Shown here in pieces: positions 51,421 through 63,100 of a DNA stretch of 64,000 bases. The stretch covers positions 14,356 to 78,355 of the forward strand of contig CAZUDW010000001.1 of NCBI GenBank assembly GCA_964619305.1, given 5' to 3'. The notes under the pieces were generated by a model. It had not been told where the DNA came from, searched no databases, and saw only the letters and a list, made by a program, of their open reading frames with translations. Positions within the stretch are counted from its first letter, which is position 1; every line of letters starts with the position of its first letter. Made by a program: the position numbers and the translations under genes. The stretch is from an uncultured Flavobacteriales bacterium (GTDB lineage: Bacteria > Bacteroidota > Bacteroidia > Flavobacteriales_H > CAZUDW01).

Positions 51421-51822
51421 TTATTCGCAATCCTGGCACAGTTCGAATAGCACGCCATTAGTAGACTTAGGATGAATAAAACAAACTAATTTATTGTCGG
51501 CCCCTTTCCTCGGCTCAGTACTTATAAATTGGAATCCTGAATCAGATAATCTCTGAATTTCAGAAAATATATCTTCTACTTTAATAGCTATATGATGGAG
51601 CCCCTCTCCATTTTTCTCAATAAATTTATGAATAGCACTTTGTTCGTTAATTGCTTGAAGTAATTCTATTTTACAGGAACCTGACTGGAAAAATGCAGTC
51701 AAAACACCTTCTGAAGAAATTTCCTCGGTTTTATATAATGGCATTGATAATAAAGCCTCGTAAATTACGCAGGAGTGCTCAATATCTCTTACTGCAATCC
51801 CAATATGTTCAACATTGCTCAT
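51421..51822 (-). CDS. VOC-family enzyme, likely methylmalonyl-CoA epimerase
   Basis: 133 aa. HIGIAVRDIE N-terminal glyoxalase-fold metal motif and a C-terminal HHIA…FEL pattern. Confidence 0.75.
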   Translation of the reverse strand: MSNVEHIGIAVRDIEHSCVIYEALLSMPLYKTEEISSEGVLTAFFQSGSCKIELLQAINEQSAIHKFIEKNGEGLHHIAIKVEDIFSEIQRLSDSGFQFISTEPRKGADNKLVCFIHPKSTNGVLFELCQDCE

Positions 51823-51843
51823 AAAGCAAAAGTAAAGACAAAA

Positions 51844-51867
51844 AAAATACTCCCTAAAGAGTATTTT
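51844..51867 (-). terminator. 9-bp perfect hairpin (aaaatactc-cctaaa-gagtatttt) with a downstream T-run on the minus strand
   Basis: Lies between the T9SS hypothetical stop (51891) and the VOC gene start (51822). On the minus strand a T-run follows the stem. Confidence 0.4.
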
Positions 51868-51890
51868 AAAATGAGGTCGATTTCTATTTA

Positions 51891-52679
51891 TTATTTTTTA
51901 ATAAACTTTTCAGTTTTATTATCATAGTTTAAATAATATACTCCCTTATTAAGGTTGGATACATCTACTTTATCTGCAAATCCTTTTTTCACAATATTCC
52001 CATAACTGTCATAAATTTCAAACATTGTTTCAGCCGTGAAGAAGATGTCTTTAGTCGCTTTTATTGGATTAAATGTAATTTCAGGTTGCATTGAACGATA
52101 TCTGGCAGACTGGGAATATCTTGGCTTTCCAGTATAATCAATCTGTTTCACTCTGAACTGATTTTCCCCAGAATGTGGAGTTATATTAAAATTGTAGCTG
52201 TTTTCACCAGCTTCACCTTTCCCTTCAATTTCGCCAACTTTAATCCATTTATTCCATCTGAATTGCTCAACAATATATGGAAGCTTACCTGTTTCTCCTT
52301 TAGTTTTCCATTCTAATGTTCCTTCTTTATTAACAGCGATACTAATTACTTCAAAAGTACTTTTTGGCTTAAGCACCTCCGGATTCAGCACTTTGGGACG
52401 ACAATCATCTTTATGCTTAATTATTACTTCCACTTTGGCTCCAATTTCTAATTGAAAAGGAGTGAAATCAATTTCAAAAGCACTTGAGTTAATCTCATCT
52501 GTAGTTACATCTCCATTGACTCTGACCTCAAAAGTACAGAAACCAACACCAGATCCGGCAAAAGGATTTTGAACATACAAATTCTTACCTTGATAATTGC
52601 CTTCTAAAATAATTGTACCAGCAAACGCTTTGGTAACAATAATAGCGGTGACAATAAATGTCCATAAAAGCCTGTTCAT
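51891..52679 (-). CDS. Secreted hypothetical protein with T9SS type-A C-terminal sorting domain
   Basis: 262 aa with a signal peptide. C-terminus …DVSNLNKGVYYLNYDNKTEKFIKK matches the Por secretion C-terminal domain pattern. Confidence 0.6.
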   Translation of the reverse strand: MNRLLWTFIVTAIIVTKAFAGTIILEGNYQGKNLYVQNPFAGSGVGFCTFEVRVNGDVTTDEINSSAFEIDFTPFQLEIGAKVEVIIKHKDDCRPKVLNPEVLKPKSTFEVISIAVNKEGTLEWKTKGETGKLPYIVEQFRWNKWIKVGEIEGKGEAGENSYNFNITPHSGENQFRVKQIDYTGKPRYSQSARYRSMQPEITFNPIKATKDIFFTAETMFEIYDSYGNIVKKGFADKVDVSNLNKGVYYLNYDNKTEKFIKK

Positions 52680-52804
52680 CTGATTATATTCAGTTTTTGG
52701 CGAAATTTTAATTCCGCAATATTAAAATCATTATTTCACATATCAAAATTATATGGATTTTTTTATCTTAAATAGTCAATACATTAAAGCTAAGATGTAA
52801 TAAT

Positions 52805-52812
52805 TATTTTTG
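52805..52812 (+). promoter_or_regulatory. Candidate -7 box (TATTTTTG) upstream of the SBP lipoprotein gene
   Basis: Exact TAnnTTTG match 64 nt upstream of the ATG. Confidence 0.2.
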
Positions 52813-52875
52813 TAATATTGCAAGATTAGAATTTATTAATTTTCTAAATTCAATAGAAAAAACAATATTTGTATC

Positions 52876-54642
52876 ATGAAGAGGCTCTCAACCATACTAA
52901 CATTTTTTGTTTTGGTGATCGTGTCATGCACACCTTCAAGTGAAGACATTTCCAATAATGATAAACCTGAATTAAAAGCAAAAGGCGGAAGAGCCTATGG
53001 CGGTACTTTTAAAATGAGTGAGACAGAAATTATTCACAATATTTATCCCCCTTCTATTACTGCCGCAAATGAGGCAAACGTAGCACAACAAGTTTTTGAA
53101 TGTCTTGTAAAATTTGATCCTCGAGATTTATCCGTTAAGGGCTGTCTTGCAGAAAGTTGGGATGTCGATGCAACTGGCACGAAATATACTTTTCATTTAA
53201 AAAAGGGAGTTAAGTTTCATGATGACCCTTGTTTTCCTGATGGTATTGGGAGAGAATTAACAGCTTCTGATGTAAAATATTCTTTTGAACGTATTTGCAC
53301 TCAAAGCAATGATAATTTAAGTTTTTCTTCAAGTTTTAAAGATCGTGTGTTAGGAGCAAATGAATATTATGAAGCAAGTGCAAACGGTAAACCAAATTTT
53401 GATTTAAGCGGTCTTAAAGTAATCGATGATTATACTGTTGAACTCTCACTGGTTAAGCCAAGGCCTTCTTTCCCATTTATTTTAGCACATCCTGCACTTT
53501 CTATTATTCCAGTGGAAGCAGTTAAAAAATATGGCAATAAATCAGTAGTTGGAACAGGCCCATTTATGCTAGCAAAAGGAACATCAATTAATGATAATCC
53601 GGTTATTCTGGTAAGTAATAAAAACTACCATGGGGCTGACACTCTTGGTAATCGTTTGCCTTTTCTTGATACAATCATGATCAGTATTATGGATTCAAAG
53701 AAATCGGAACTGGAAATGTTTTTACAAAAGAAATTACATGTTGTAAATGGTTTGCCTTCTGAATCTATACGTGAGATTGTCGAAGAACAAATAGCAAATT
53801 TTCAAAGCAACCCTCCGAAGTATATTTTGGCAAGAACGCCTGAAATGGCTACCAATTATTACACATTTAATTTACTGAAGGAACATTTTAAAGATATTCG
53901 TGTAAGGAAAGCAATAAACTATGCAATTGATAGAAACAGGATTATTGATCAAGTATTGAATGGTGAAGCATACGGGCCCGGGGAACAAGGAATTTGTCCA
54001 CCATCTTTTTCAGGATATGATATTATGAAAGTTAACGGATACTCTTATGATCCGGATAAAGCTAAGATTCTTTTAGCTGAAGCAGGTTATCCAAACGGAA
54101 AGAATTTTCCAACTATCAAACTGGAGCTCAATAGTGGTGGCTATAAGAATACAAGTGTTGCTTTTGAGGTACAAAAACAACTGATGGATAATTTGAATAT
54201 TAATGTTGATCTGGAAGTTGTACCATTCAGCCAAAAGCTGGAAGATGAAAGGTTGGGTAATGCAGATATCTTCAGAAGTGCATGGATTGCAGATTATCCG
54301 AGCCCGGAAACTTTTCTTTATTTGTTTTATGGGAAAAACGTTCCGGATTCTCCAGATGTTCCTTCTTATCCGAATACCTGCCGCTATGTTAATGAAGACT
54401 TTGATGCTTTGTATGACAGAGCAACTGCCTCCCAAAACCAAGAAGAGAGTTATGAATTATTCATCCAGGCAGAACAACTGATGCTTGACGAGGCACCTAT
54501 TATCGTGTTATGGTATAATGAGAATTATAAACTGATTCACGCAAACGTTAAAAATTATTATACCAATCCTATGAATTACAGAGATTTTTCTGAAGTTTAC
54601 TTTAAAAAACCGAAAGGCACCATTGCCCAACAAGGACAATAA
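52876..54642 (+). CDS. ABC-transporter family-5 substrate-binding lipoprotein (oligopeptide/dipeptide-binding type), orphan
   Basis: 588 aa. Lipoprotein signal (LVIVSC), SBP_bac_5-like bilobal pattern. No permease or ATPase genes adjacent. Confidence 0.75.
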   Translation: MKRLSTILTFFVLVIVSCTPSSEDISNNDKPELKAKGGRAYGGTFKMSETEIIHNIYPPSITAANEANVAQQVFECLVKFDPRDLSVKGCLAESWDVDATGTKYTFHLKKGVKFHDDPCFPDGIGRELTASDVKYSFERICTQSNDNLSFSSSFKDRVLGANEYYEASANGKPNFDLSGLKVIDDYTVELSLVKPRPSFPFILAHPALSIIPVEAVKKYGNKSVVGTGPFMLAKGTSINDNPVILVSNKNYHGADTLGNRLPFLDTIMISIMDSKKSELEMFLQKKLHVVNGLPSESIREIVEEQIANFQSNPPKYILARTPEMATNYYTFNLLKEHFKDIRVRKAINYAIDRNRIIDQVLNGEAYGPGEQGICPPSFSGYDIMKVNGYSYDPDKAKILLAEAGYPNGKNFPTIKLELNSGGYKNTSVAFEVQKQLMDNLNINVDLEVVPFSQKLEDERLGNADIFRSAWIADYPSPETFLYLFYGKNVPDSPDVPSYPNTCRYVNEDFDALYDRATASQNQEESYELFIQAEQLMLDEAPIIVLWYNENYKLIHANVKNYYTNPMNYRDFSEVYFKKPKGTIAQQGQ

Positions 54643-54755
54643 AAATTTGTTCATCTTCCGAAAATCTTATTTGGATTAATGATTTTTATGTTTCTACATT
54701 AACGCGATGATAAAGAAGATTTACTCTGTTATATAAAACGAAGTTCATATCTTAC

Positions 54756-56417
54756 ATGACCAAGTATATGAGATTAAATTATTTGACATTTATTATTATT
54801 GGGCATTTAATCTCATCAATAGCTGTTGCCCAAACATTCACCTCATCGAATTTGCCAATAGTTGTCATAAACACAAATAATGTACCTATTCCTGATGAAC
54901 CCAAAATCTCTGCTGATATGGGCATTATATACAATGGCCCCGGCAACAGGAATTATTTAACCGATCCTTTTAATGAATATAACGGGAAGATCGCTATTGA
55001 GAAAAGAGGATCTTCCTCGCAAATGTTTCCTAAAAAACAGTATGGGCTGGAAACACGGGACACACTTGGTATAAAAGTGAATGTATCAATATTCGGATGG
55101 CCTTCAGAACATGACTGGATATTATATGCTCCATATAGCGATAAAGCACTAATCAGAAATGTACTAGCATATAAACTGGGATGGGAAACGGGCCATTATG
55201 CACCTAGAACTAAATTATGTGAGTTGGTTCTCAACAATGAATATATGGGTGTTTATGTCTTTATGGAAAAAATTAAAATAGATGCCGGAAGGGTTGACAT
55301 CGCAAAACTTACTCACATTGATACTTCAGGATATGAACTCACAGGTGGATATTTATTAAAAATCGATAAACTGACCGGGGGAGGCAGTGGTTGGTATTCA
55401 CCTTTTGATCCTATTCCTGCAGCAAACAATCAAAAAATATATATTCAGTATCATGACCCTGATCCTGATTCATTATTGCCAGTTCAAAAATCCTATATTC
55501 GTGACTATATAACACAATATGAATCGGTTTTAAGCAGTCCAAATTATAATGATCAAACCACCGGATATCCGGCCTACATTAATATCTATTCATTTATAGA
55601 TTATTTAATTGTTAATGAAGTAAGTAAAAATGTAGATGGTTATCGCTTAAGTACCTTTTTTTATAAAGATAAATATACAAAGGATCCAAGAATTTACGTT
55701 GGCCCATTGTGGGATTTTAACCTTGCATTCGGAAATGCTAATTATTGCGGTGGAGGAAATGCCAACGATGGTTGGGCTTTGGACTTTAACACAGTTTGCA
55801 GTAATGATGGATGGCAGATACCTTTTTGGTGGGATCGTTTATTGCAGGATACAACGTTTCAGAACAAGCTAAAATGTAGATGGGAGGAACTTAGAGAAGG
55901 TCCGTTATATACAGATACTTTGTTGAATTGGATAGATAGCACCACCGTTTATTTAGATGAATCTCAGCAAAGGAATTTCATACGTTGGCCTATTTTAAGC
56001 ACTTATGTTTGGCCGAATAATTTTGTGGGCGGAAGCTATCAAGCTGAAATTGACTATATGAAAACCTGGATCAGTGATCGATTGAACTGGCTTGATGCCA
56101 ATATTCCCGGAACCTGTTATCCATGGACTTCCTCGAATGACAATGATTTACTTCTTTCACATATTTTGATTTATCCCAATCCCATCAGCGAAGAAAGTGT
56201 ATTGTTTTTTAATCTTGAACATACAGCCAAGCTAAACTTGAATGTTTATAATGTTTTCGGTCAAATGGTAAAAAGAATCAATGTTGGTCAATGTATTGAA
56301 GGCTCAAATTTTATTTCACTCAGAGAAATTTTCACCAGCATTGTTGCCGGAACTTATATTATACAATTAGAGTTAGCAGGTAAAAAGCCTCTGGTAATCC
56401 GAATCGTAAAGTTATAA
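54756..56417 (+). CDS. CotH kinase family protein with T9SS type-A C-terminal sorting domain
   Basis: 553 aa with a signal peptide. CotH-type motifs (IEKRGSSSQMFPKKQYGLE, YVFMEKIK). C-terminal ~80 aa (…LIYPNPISEESVLFFNL…GTYIIQLELAGKKPLVIRIVKL) matches the T9SS CTD. Confidence 0.7.
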   Translation: MTKYMRLNYLTFIIIGHLISSIAVAQTFTSSNLPIVVINTNNVPIPDEPKISADMGIIYNGPGNRNYLTDPFNEYNGKIAIEKRGSSSQMFPKKQYGLETRDTLGIKVNVSIFGWPSEHDWILYAPYSDKALIRNVLAYKLGWETGHYAPRTKLCELVLNNEYMGVYVFMEKIKIDAGRVDIAKLTHIDTSGYELTGGYLLKIDKLTGGGSGWYSPFDPIPAANNQKIYIQYHDPDPDSLLPVQKSYIRDYITQYESVLSSPNYNDQTTGYPAYINIYSFIDYLIVNEVSKNVDGYRLSTFFYKDKYTKDPRIYVGPLWDFNLAFGNANYCGGGNANDGWALDFNTVCSNDGWQIPFWWDRLLQDTTFQNKLKCRWEELREGPLYTDTLLNWIDSTTVYLDESQQRNFIRWPILSTYVWPNNFVGGSYQAEIDYMKTWISDRLNWLDANIPGTCYPWTSSNDNDLLLSHILIYPNPISEESVLFFNLEHTAKLNLNVYNVFGQMVKRINVGQCIEGSNFISLREIFTSIVAGTYIIQLELAGKKPLVIRIVKL

Positions 56418-56975
56418 TTATTGGATTTTATTCTCTGTAACTTCAGTTGCCTTCTTAGGTTGTAAAAATTTTGCAGCAGTCAGCATTCGTGAGGCAGCTT
56501 TTTCCGGCATTACTTCACCTGTTTCAATATCATGCAACTCATAATTGATATCATTTATTTTCACTATTGCGTAAAAGTGATAAAATGTTTTAGAACCGTC
56601 AGGTAATTGAGCATAATACAATATTGATGTTGAGTCTTCCTGCACAATTGCACATTTAAACAATAAATCTTCTTTCAAATCCGCTTTTTTTAGTTCAAGG
56701 TCACCACCTTCTAAAATAGCTATCTGGTAATAGTCTCCAACTTTTACCTCAGTTTCATTGGCATTATTGATACTTACTTGTGGTAACCCAACTGAAGAAT
56801 CAGGAACATATAACATTACATCCAATCCCCATTCACTTAAATCTAAAGGGTTATAAGTCTTTATTTCCTGGGGAATAATCAACTTGCTATTTCCATCCTC
56901 TGAATCATCATTTCCATTGTTACATGATAAAATAAACAGAGTAGGAAAGAAGAAAAGTGTTAAAAATTTTTTCAT
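56418..56975 (-). CDS. Hypothetical lipoprotein downstream of the A2M gene
   Basis: 185 aa. Lipobox FILSCNNG. No recognisable domain. Confidence 0.55.
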   Translation of the reverse strand: MKKFLTLFFFPTLFILSCNNGNDDSEDGNSKLIIPQEIKTYNPLDLSEWGLDVMLYVPDSSVGLPQVSINNANETEVKVGDYYQIAILEGGDLELKKADLKEDLLFKCAIVQEDSTSILYYAQLPDGSKTFYHFYAIVKINDINYELHDIETGEVMPEKAASRMLTAAKFLQPKKATEVTENKIQ

Positions 56976-57114
56976 TTCAAAATATTTTCACTGTTCACTG
57001 ATACACAACAAAGATATAACATCAATTTACATCAGCAAAACCACATTTTCCCCGACCTGTTCAGATGATACAATTCCCACTTCAAAAACAATTGAAGTTG
57101 ATAAATAAAGGACT

Positions 57115-60100
57115 CTATTCGCTTACTATTACTCTAATACCTTCCGAATGAGAAGTGAATTCTGGAGCATACATACACTGAATCGTGCTGATCCCGTTAG
57201 AAAAGTCCCCTTTATGCGTAACACGCAGTGAATATTCAAACACATAAGTTCCTTTAGGTAAATATTCTATGAAAAAATTTGTTGATGCATCTTTGGAGCT
57301 TTCATAATAGCCTAAACCATCCTGATATTTATATCTTGATAAAATATTCTCAGGTTCAAATCCTGCAGCTCTCATATCTTTCAAATGTACATATTCCATA
57401 TGCCGATCAGAGCGCAGAACAATCCGTACGGTTATTTTATCCCCTAGATGAAGTTTAGTATTAGTATTTATAGGTTTCAGCACTTTCCCTCCTTCAGTTA
57501 TCTTTTCTAAAAAAAGTTTCTTCTCAAGTTGTAATGGCGTTTTATGAGATGTGATTTTATCCAACTGTTCAAAATATTGCCAGTAAATCGCTCCCCATGC
57601 TATTCCTTTTCCCGGTTTTGTCACAACCACATTACCCATTTCAGGTTTGATTTCTGATTTACTCCAGGATGTTTTGAAATAACCCGTTCCGTTTTCCACT
57701 TTAATGTCATCCATTTTTTTAGGATCAATTTGCAAATTGCCTATTTTTATTTGAACAAGATTTTCCGTTTCAAGCCATTCAGTACCTGATATTAACAAAG
57801 CGTAACATGCATCGGCTGTAGCTCTGGTTGTCTTCCAATCCTGTGTCTGCTTTTGTTTTAAGAGCCAGATACGCATTTCTTCTACCGATTTCTTATCATC
57901 AGCAATCTCATTAAATGCTTCGATAAGTAAAGAATGCATCTCAATAGGAGCTTGATACCAATAATACCCCGGTACATTTTCTTTCCAGTACATGCCCATT
58001 TCTTCATTGAAAATAGCATTCTCTCTCAAAGAGTTGATAATATTGGTGGGTGTTGTTTTATCTCCAAACCTGTAGATGCCCAATGCAAGCATACCCTGCA
58101 TATAACGGCTGTTTTCAAGCCAATATTTTTTTGCCTGTTCCATGTAATAGTTAAACGCCTCTTTGTTTCTGCCATTTACTGATATATCTGTAAAGAAACT
58201 TCTTGCATATAAATACTGAATTTGCGTATATCCAAGATTATTGTCATTAAGATTCACCTTATTTCTTATCAGCCATTGATAATCTTCTCTTATCCTGTTA
58301 TCTAGATAAGGTATTGCCTTGCTAACCATATTCCATATACGATGACTCTCCCTTATTTCCTTTACCCCAAGTTGATCAAGGTGCCCAAAACCGGCAACGA
58401 TGTGTTGGGTAATATAACGACTTTCCGGCATACCTGGGAACCAGGGCCAGCCCCCATTTGAAACCTGTGCTTTTTCCAGTTTAAGCAATGCAGAACCCAA
58501 CTCATTACTCATCCTATTCAAATCAAACAGCAACCCTATCCTTTTTTTTCTCTCTGTCTCATTTTTTGCATCTAAAACCCAAGGTGTTTCCTCTAACATA
58601 AGTGATTTTAATTCCTGATTCTTCTCGAGATTAGAAAGTAAGGCTTCCGGGTTTTGTATTTTCCATGAATCAAAAACGTATTTGACTTTAGGATGAGAAT
58701 TGGCGATATGTGATGCAATACTGTTAGCATAAAAGCGTGAAAAAGTCTGTTCAGAACACTCATAAGGATATTCCATCAAATATGGCAATGCCTGAATTGC
58801 ATACCATGCCGGATTTGATGTGAATTCAAGTGTTAGTTTATGATTTTTTAAGGAAGAAGACTTCCCTGAACTCAGCAGCTTTCTGAATGTAAATGTTTTA
58901 GTCTCATTACCCCTGATTGGCATTGGCATAGACTCAGTTACAAGCATACGATTTGTTAATACAGGTATAGCAGATTCTTCACCATCGCTGAACTTACCCG
59001 ATTTAGCAACCACCTTATACACAACTGCCCCTATTCCTTCAGGTATTCTGATATTCCATTGAACTAAAGCACTTTGACCTTTTTTTGCAGTAAAAACCTG
59101 ATCTGATTTTTTTTCACTCATAAAGGATTTATCTATTGGCTTCATTGTAAACGCATCAAAAAAACTTAGCCTAGCATTGCCTTTCATCTCCTTTTCAGTC
59201 AGATTTGATATTTTGGCAGTGAAAGTCATTTGGTCATTTTCCCTGAAAAAGCGCGGAACATTGGGTGTGATCATCAGGTCTTTTTGAGTAACAGTTTCCT
59301 CATATAACATGGCTGATTTAAGATCTTTTGTATGTGCTAGCCCCATAAATTTCCAACGGGTTAGTGCTTCAGGAATAGTGAACTTTATCGTCACATTGCC
59401 ATCCTCATCTGTTGTAAGGTGGGGATAGAAAAATGCTGTTTCATTAAAATTACTCCTGGCTTTGATTATTCCGAGTTGATCTCTATTACCTGTTTGCCCC
59501 CCGCTATCCCTTTCGTCTTTAGTTTTATCTGCACCAGTTATTGTCTGAGTTTGCCGATTCGTATCCTTCTCCCCGGATTTATCCATTTTCTTCAGTTCTA
59601 TATTACCTCTACCTCTTGCTTCAGAAGCTGGCTTATTCACACTGCTTTCTCCTAATAATCCAACTTCTTCATCCTCATCTAATATCGCCCCCCCCTTTGC
59701 AGACTTTTTTGCATAACGATAGAGCCGATCACCATATCCATAAAAATCATATCCAAACCAATTGAGATAATCGTAATATCTCCCGGAACCACTGTAATAA
59801 TTATTCCAGCCTTCCGAATAAAGTGCAGATTGCCTGACGCCAAAAGCATTTCTTGATTGCCAGTAAAGCGATGAATAGAACGATTGAAAAACATTAAAAT
59901 TCCACATATTCGGTATAATTGCGTCAAGTGATGCATCATAAAGGGCAGCAAGCATTTCAGATGCTACTTTTTCACCTTTCGGACCTTTTATCTTTACTTT
60001 CCATTCTTCATCCTGGCCGGGATAGAGTTTATTGCGGAAAGTTTCAAACTCTATATCCAGCTTTTTATTGCTGTAAGGAACGATGATGATCTGTCCAAAA

Positions 60101-63100
60101 GTATATGGTCTGTTATTCTTAACCACCGCAAGATGGATTGCAAAATTTCCCCTGTACTCTTCCTTCACGGGGATGCTGATACGCCTCTGCTCCTCATTCA
60201 GATTGATCCATCGCCTCTGTATGATTTTGTTTTTCAGTTCAATCTCATATAATATATATACATCTTTATCTGCCGACCCAATCATAAACTCTACATTCTC
60301 TTCTGGTTCAGCTTCTTTTTTCAAAGGAACAAACCAAACAGCATCTCCAACAGGCATTTCCTTTTTTAATGAAGAATAAATCCTGATATATCTAATCATT
60401 TTAACCTCTTCTCCGTATTTATCTTTACAAGTTGCTTCCATTTTATAATAGCCAGGTTTCCATTCTGGCAATTTATGGAGGACAAGATCATCACTTTTTT
60501 TGGTATCAAAGGGCTTATCATACACTTTCAAGTCAGGTTTCCAGGTGCTGACATTATTTTCATTATCATATACATCATTTGGGAACTTAGCACTATGTTC
60601 AGCTTTAGTCATGCTGAATTTGTCCGGTCTTTCCCAGTCCCTTTTCCTGTATACTTGTTTGGGTGCTTCCAGATGATAAAAGATCAGTCTTCCGGATGCA
60701 GGCTCTTCCACACCCATTAAGTTGAATGTTTTTAACTTGAATGAATCCTGTCCGTTTTGTTCTATCTGATCAGGTACATTAACACTTATGTTTAAAGCAT
60801 TATAACCCACTACAACTACTTGTTGAGCACTATGAGTCTCCCCGTTAATGTCTGTAACATCTGCTGTTATGGTGTAAGTGTACTGAGGCTTATAACGTCT
60901 ATTAATACTTTTATCTGGAACGGCTTTAAAAGATATATTAAATGCTCCTTTCTCATTTGTAGTGATTACTCCATGTGCAATTTCCATCTGGGGAGAAGTA
61001 GGATACCAACCTCTCCAGTAGCCCCAGAAAGGAAATGATGCATTCCTTACAACATGATATCGAACTTTTGCTCCATCTACAACAGCACCTGCATATGCTA
61101 TTGCATTTCCCTCAACTTTCACGCTATCATCAAGCTTAAAGCTTCCGACTACCGGATTAAATTTAATTTCAAACTTTGGCCTTTTATATTCTTCTACCCT
61201 GAAATAAACGCTTCCATAGTTATTGGTTATATGCATTTGACCGTTAAGAGAAGATGTTGGGGCAGTAAAAGTACCGCTGAAGGTGCCATACTCATTTGTA
61301 GTAAGCTGGAGTTCTCCTACCTTTTGGTAGTTCACATCATACATTACCACCGTTGACTTATAATTCGTTTTAATACTGTGTTTCTCTCCATCTGTTTCTA
61401 TCACAATTCCCTTAAAATATATTATTTGACCAGGTCTGTAAATAGCTCGATCTGTAAAGAAATGCGTATTAATCCTTACTCTATCATAGGGTGAGTAACT
61501 ATATTGATAATAGGTGTCTTCTGTGTTGAGTTCATCATCTTCCTTTGTGAATTCTATATAAAAGTTGCGATAGTTCTTGGTAGCAGGAATTTTGAAATAC
61601 CCATCCTGGTTAGTGATGTACGTTCCGTATTTTTTCCAATCATACGCCCTAAGAGCATAGTTGTATTTTTCATAATACAATTTAGCCGTAACTCCTTCCA
61701 TGGGTTCTCCAGTTGTCCTGTTCAATGTTCTGACCTCATAAGTTCCATCATTCATATTCCTGATAAAATAACTTATGTCAGAGCTCCAGAATGATTTATA
61801 TGCAACTGCATTCCCCTTGTAACTAAATTCAGAATCGCTTCCTGCTAGCAGCACATAAAACCCTTTATCGGTTGCAGGATTTGCAAGCTCTATCTTATGT
61901 TGCTGAAAATCCCCTTCATTCTCAAGTTCTCCTTCCCATTCCTTCACAACTTTCAGGCTCCTTAGATATTCTATCCATTCATCATCATATTTTTTCAACC
62001 TGTTTTTTCTGAATGTTTCAAAATCAGCTTTGGCAATACGGTAATAGACTTTACCTATGTTGCGGTAGCTCAACAATGTAAGGAAAGGTTTGCCTGGCAC
62101 CTGCACATTTCCAAGATCGAATTTCATATCTTTGGTCTTTATCCTATCCACCAGGTATTTGCAGTTATCACTTCCATGTGAATCAGGGTATTCTTTGATT
62201 GCTTGTTTGCATATCTCGAGTGCCTTCTTCCTGTCCCACTTATGCTCTTCATTAAACGGTGGGTTGTATTTGTTGGCATTTTCATCATAGGCAGTAGCCA
62301 GATAATAAGCTGCATCTGCAGAGCCCGGATAATCTTTGTATTTTTCCATCAGGTGTTTAAGAGCATCCATATATAAACTGTCTTTTAGTTCTGATATCGA
62401 TTTGCTACTGGCAAACCCCAGACGTTTGATTTCGACATCTATCAGTGCTGCCGGATCCACATCATTGAGATGAAAAGCAGTGAGTTGTTGCAGTATCTCC
62501 GCAGCGTGATAAGACATGGACAAGCTATCTTTGCTGGAAAGTACTATTGATTCGAATTCATCTGCATCTCCGAAAAACCTGTTGTCTGCCACTTCATAAC
62601 GATTAGTAGGTTGATCCACCTCCGGCTCTGTGTTCATAAAAAAATCCACTGCACGATGTGCAAGAAAATCGTATAATGTAGGCCTGAAATTTCTGCTGTC
62701 TTCATATTTGATCAACACCTCATCAAAAGTACTGATGGGTGTATGCTGTAAACTGTCTGTACTTTGCAGTGAGAGATTGTAGTTTTTTACAACCATACTC
62801 AGCAGACTTTTCAGATCCCAGGTCCTGATGTCTTCTCTTTTAAAATTCACAGTCTGCGTACGGTCATAGAATTTCCAGCGGTTGTTCTCGAAATAACGCC
62901 AGTATATTTCAGCAGTGATAGAATATAGCACCTGCTTCACCGGGAACCGAGCATGATCCGCTTCCTGTTGTAATTCATATATGGAGTTAACATAATTATC
63001 TTCTTCCAAATAGGAATTGAGTTTGATACGATAAATTAGTGCCTTGACAATTTGTGCATTATTTCCATTAGTTTTTGATTTCTCCAGTATCCCGTTCACT

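Noticed and set aside
57934-61794. Multiple 60-100-aa ORFs on the plus strand inside the A2M gene
   Set aside because: They all lie antisense within a continuous 2080-aa ORF with clear A2M-family motifs. They are low-complexity and have no independent support.
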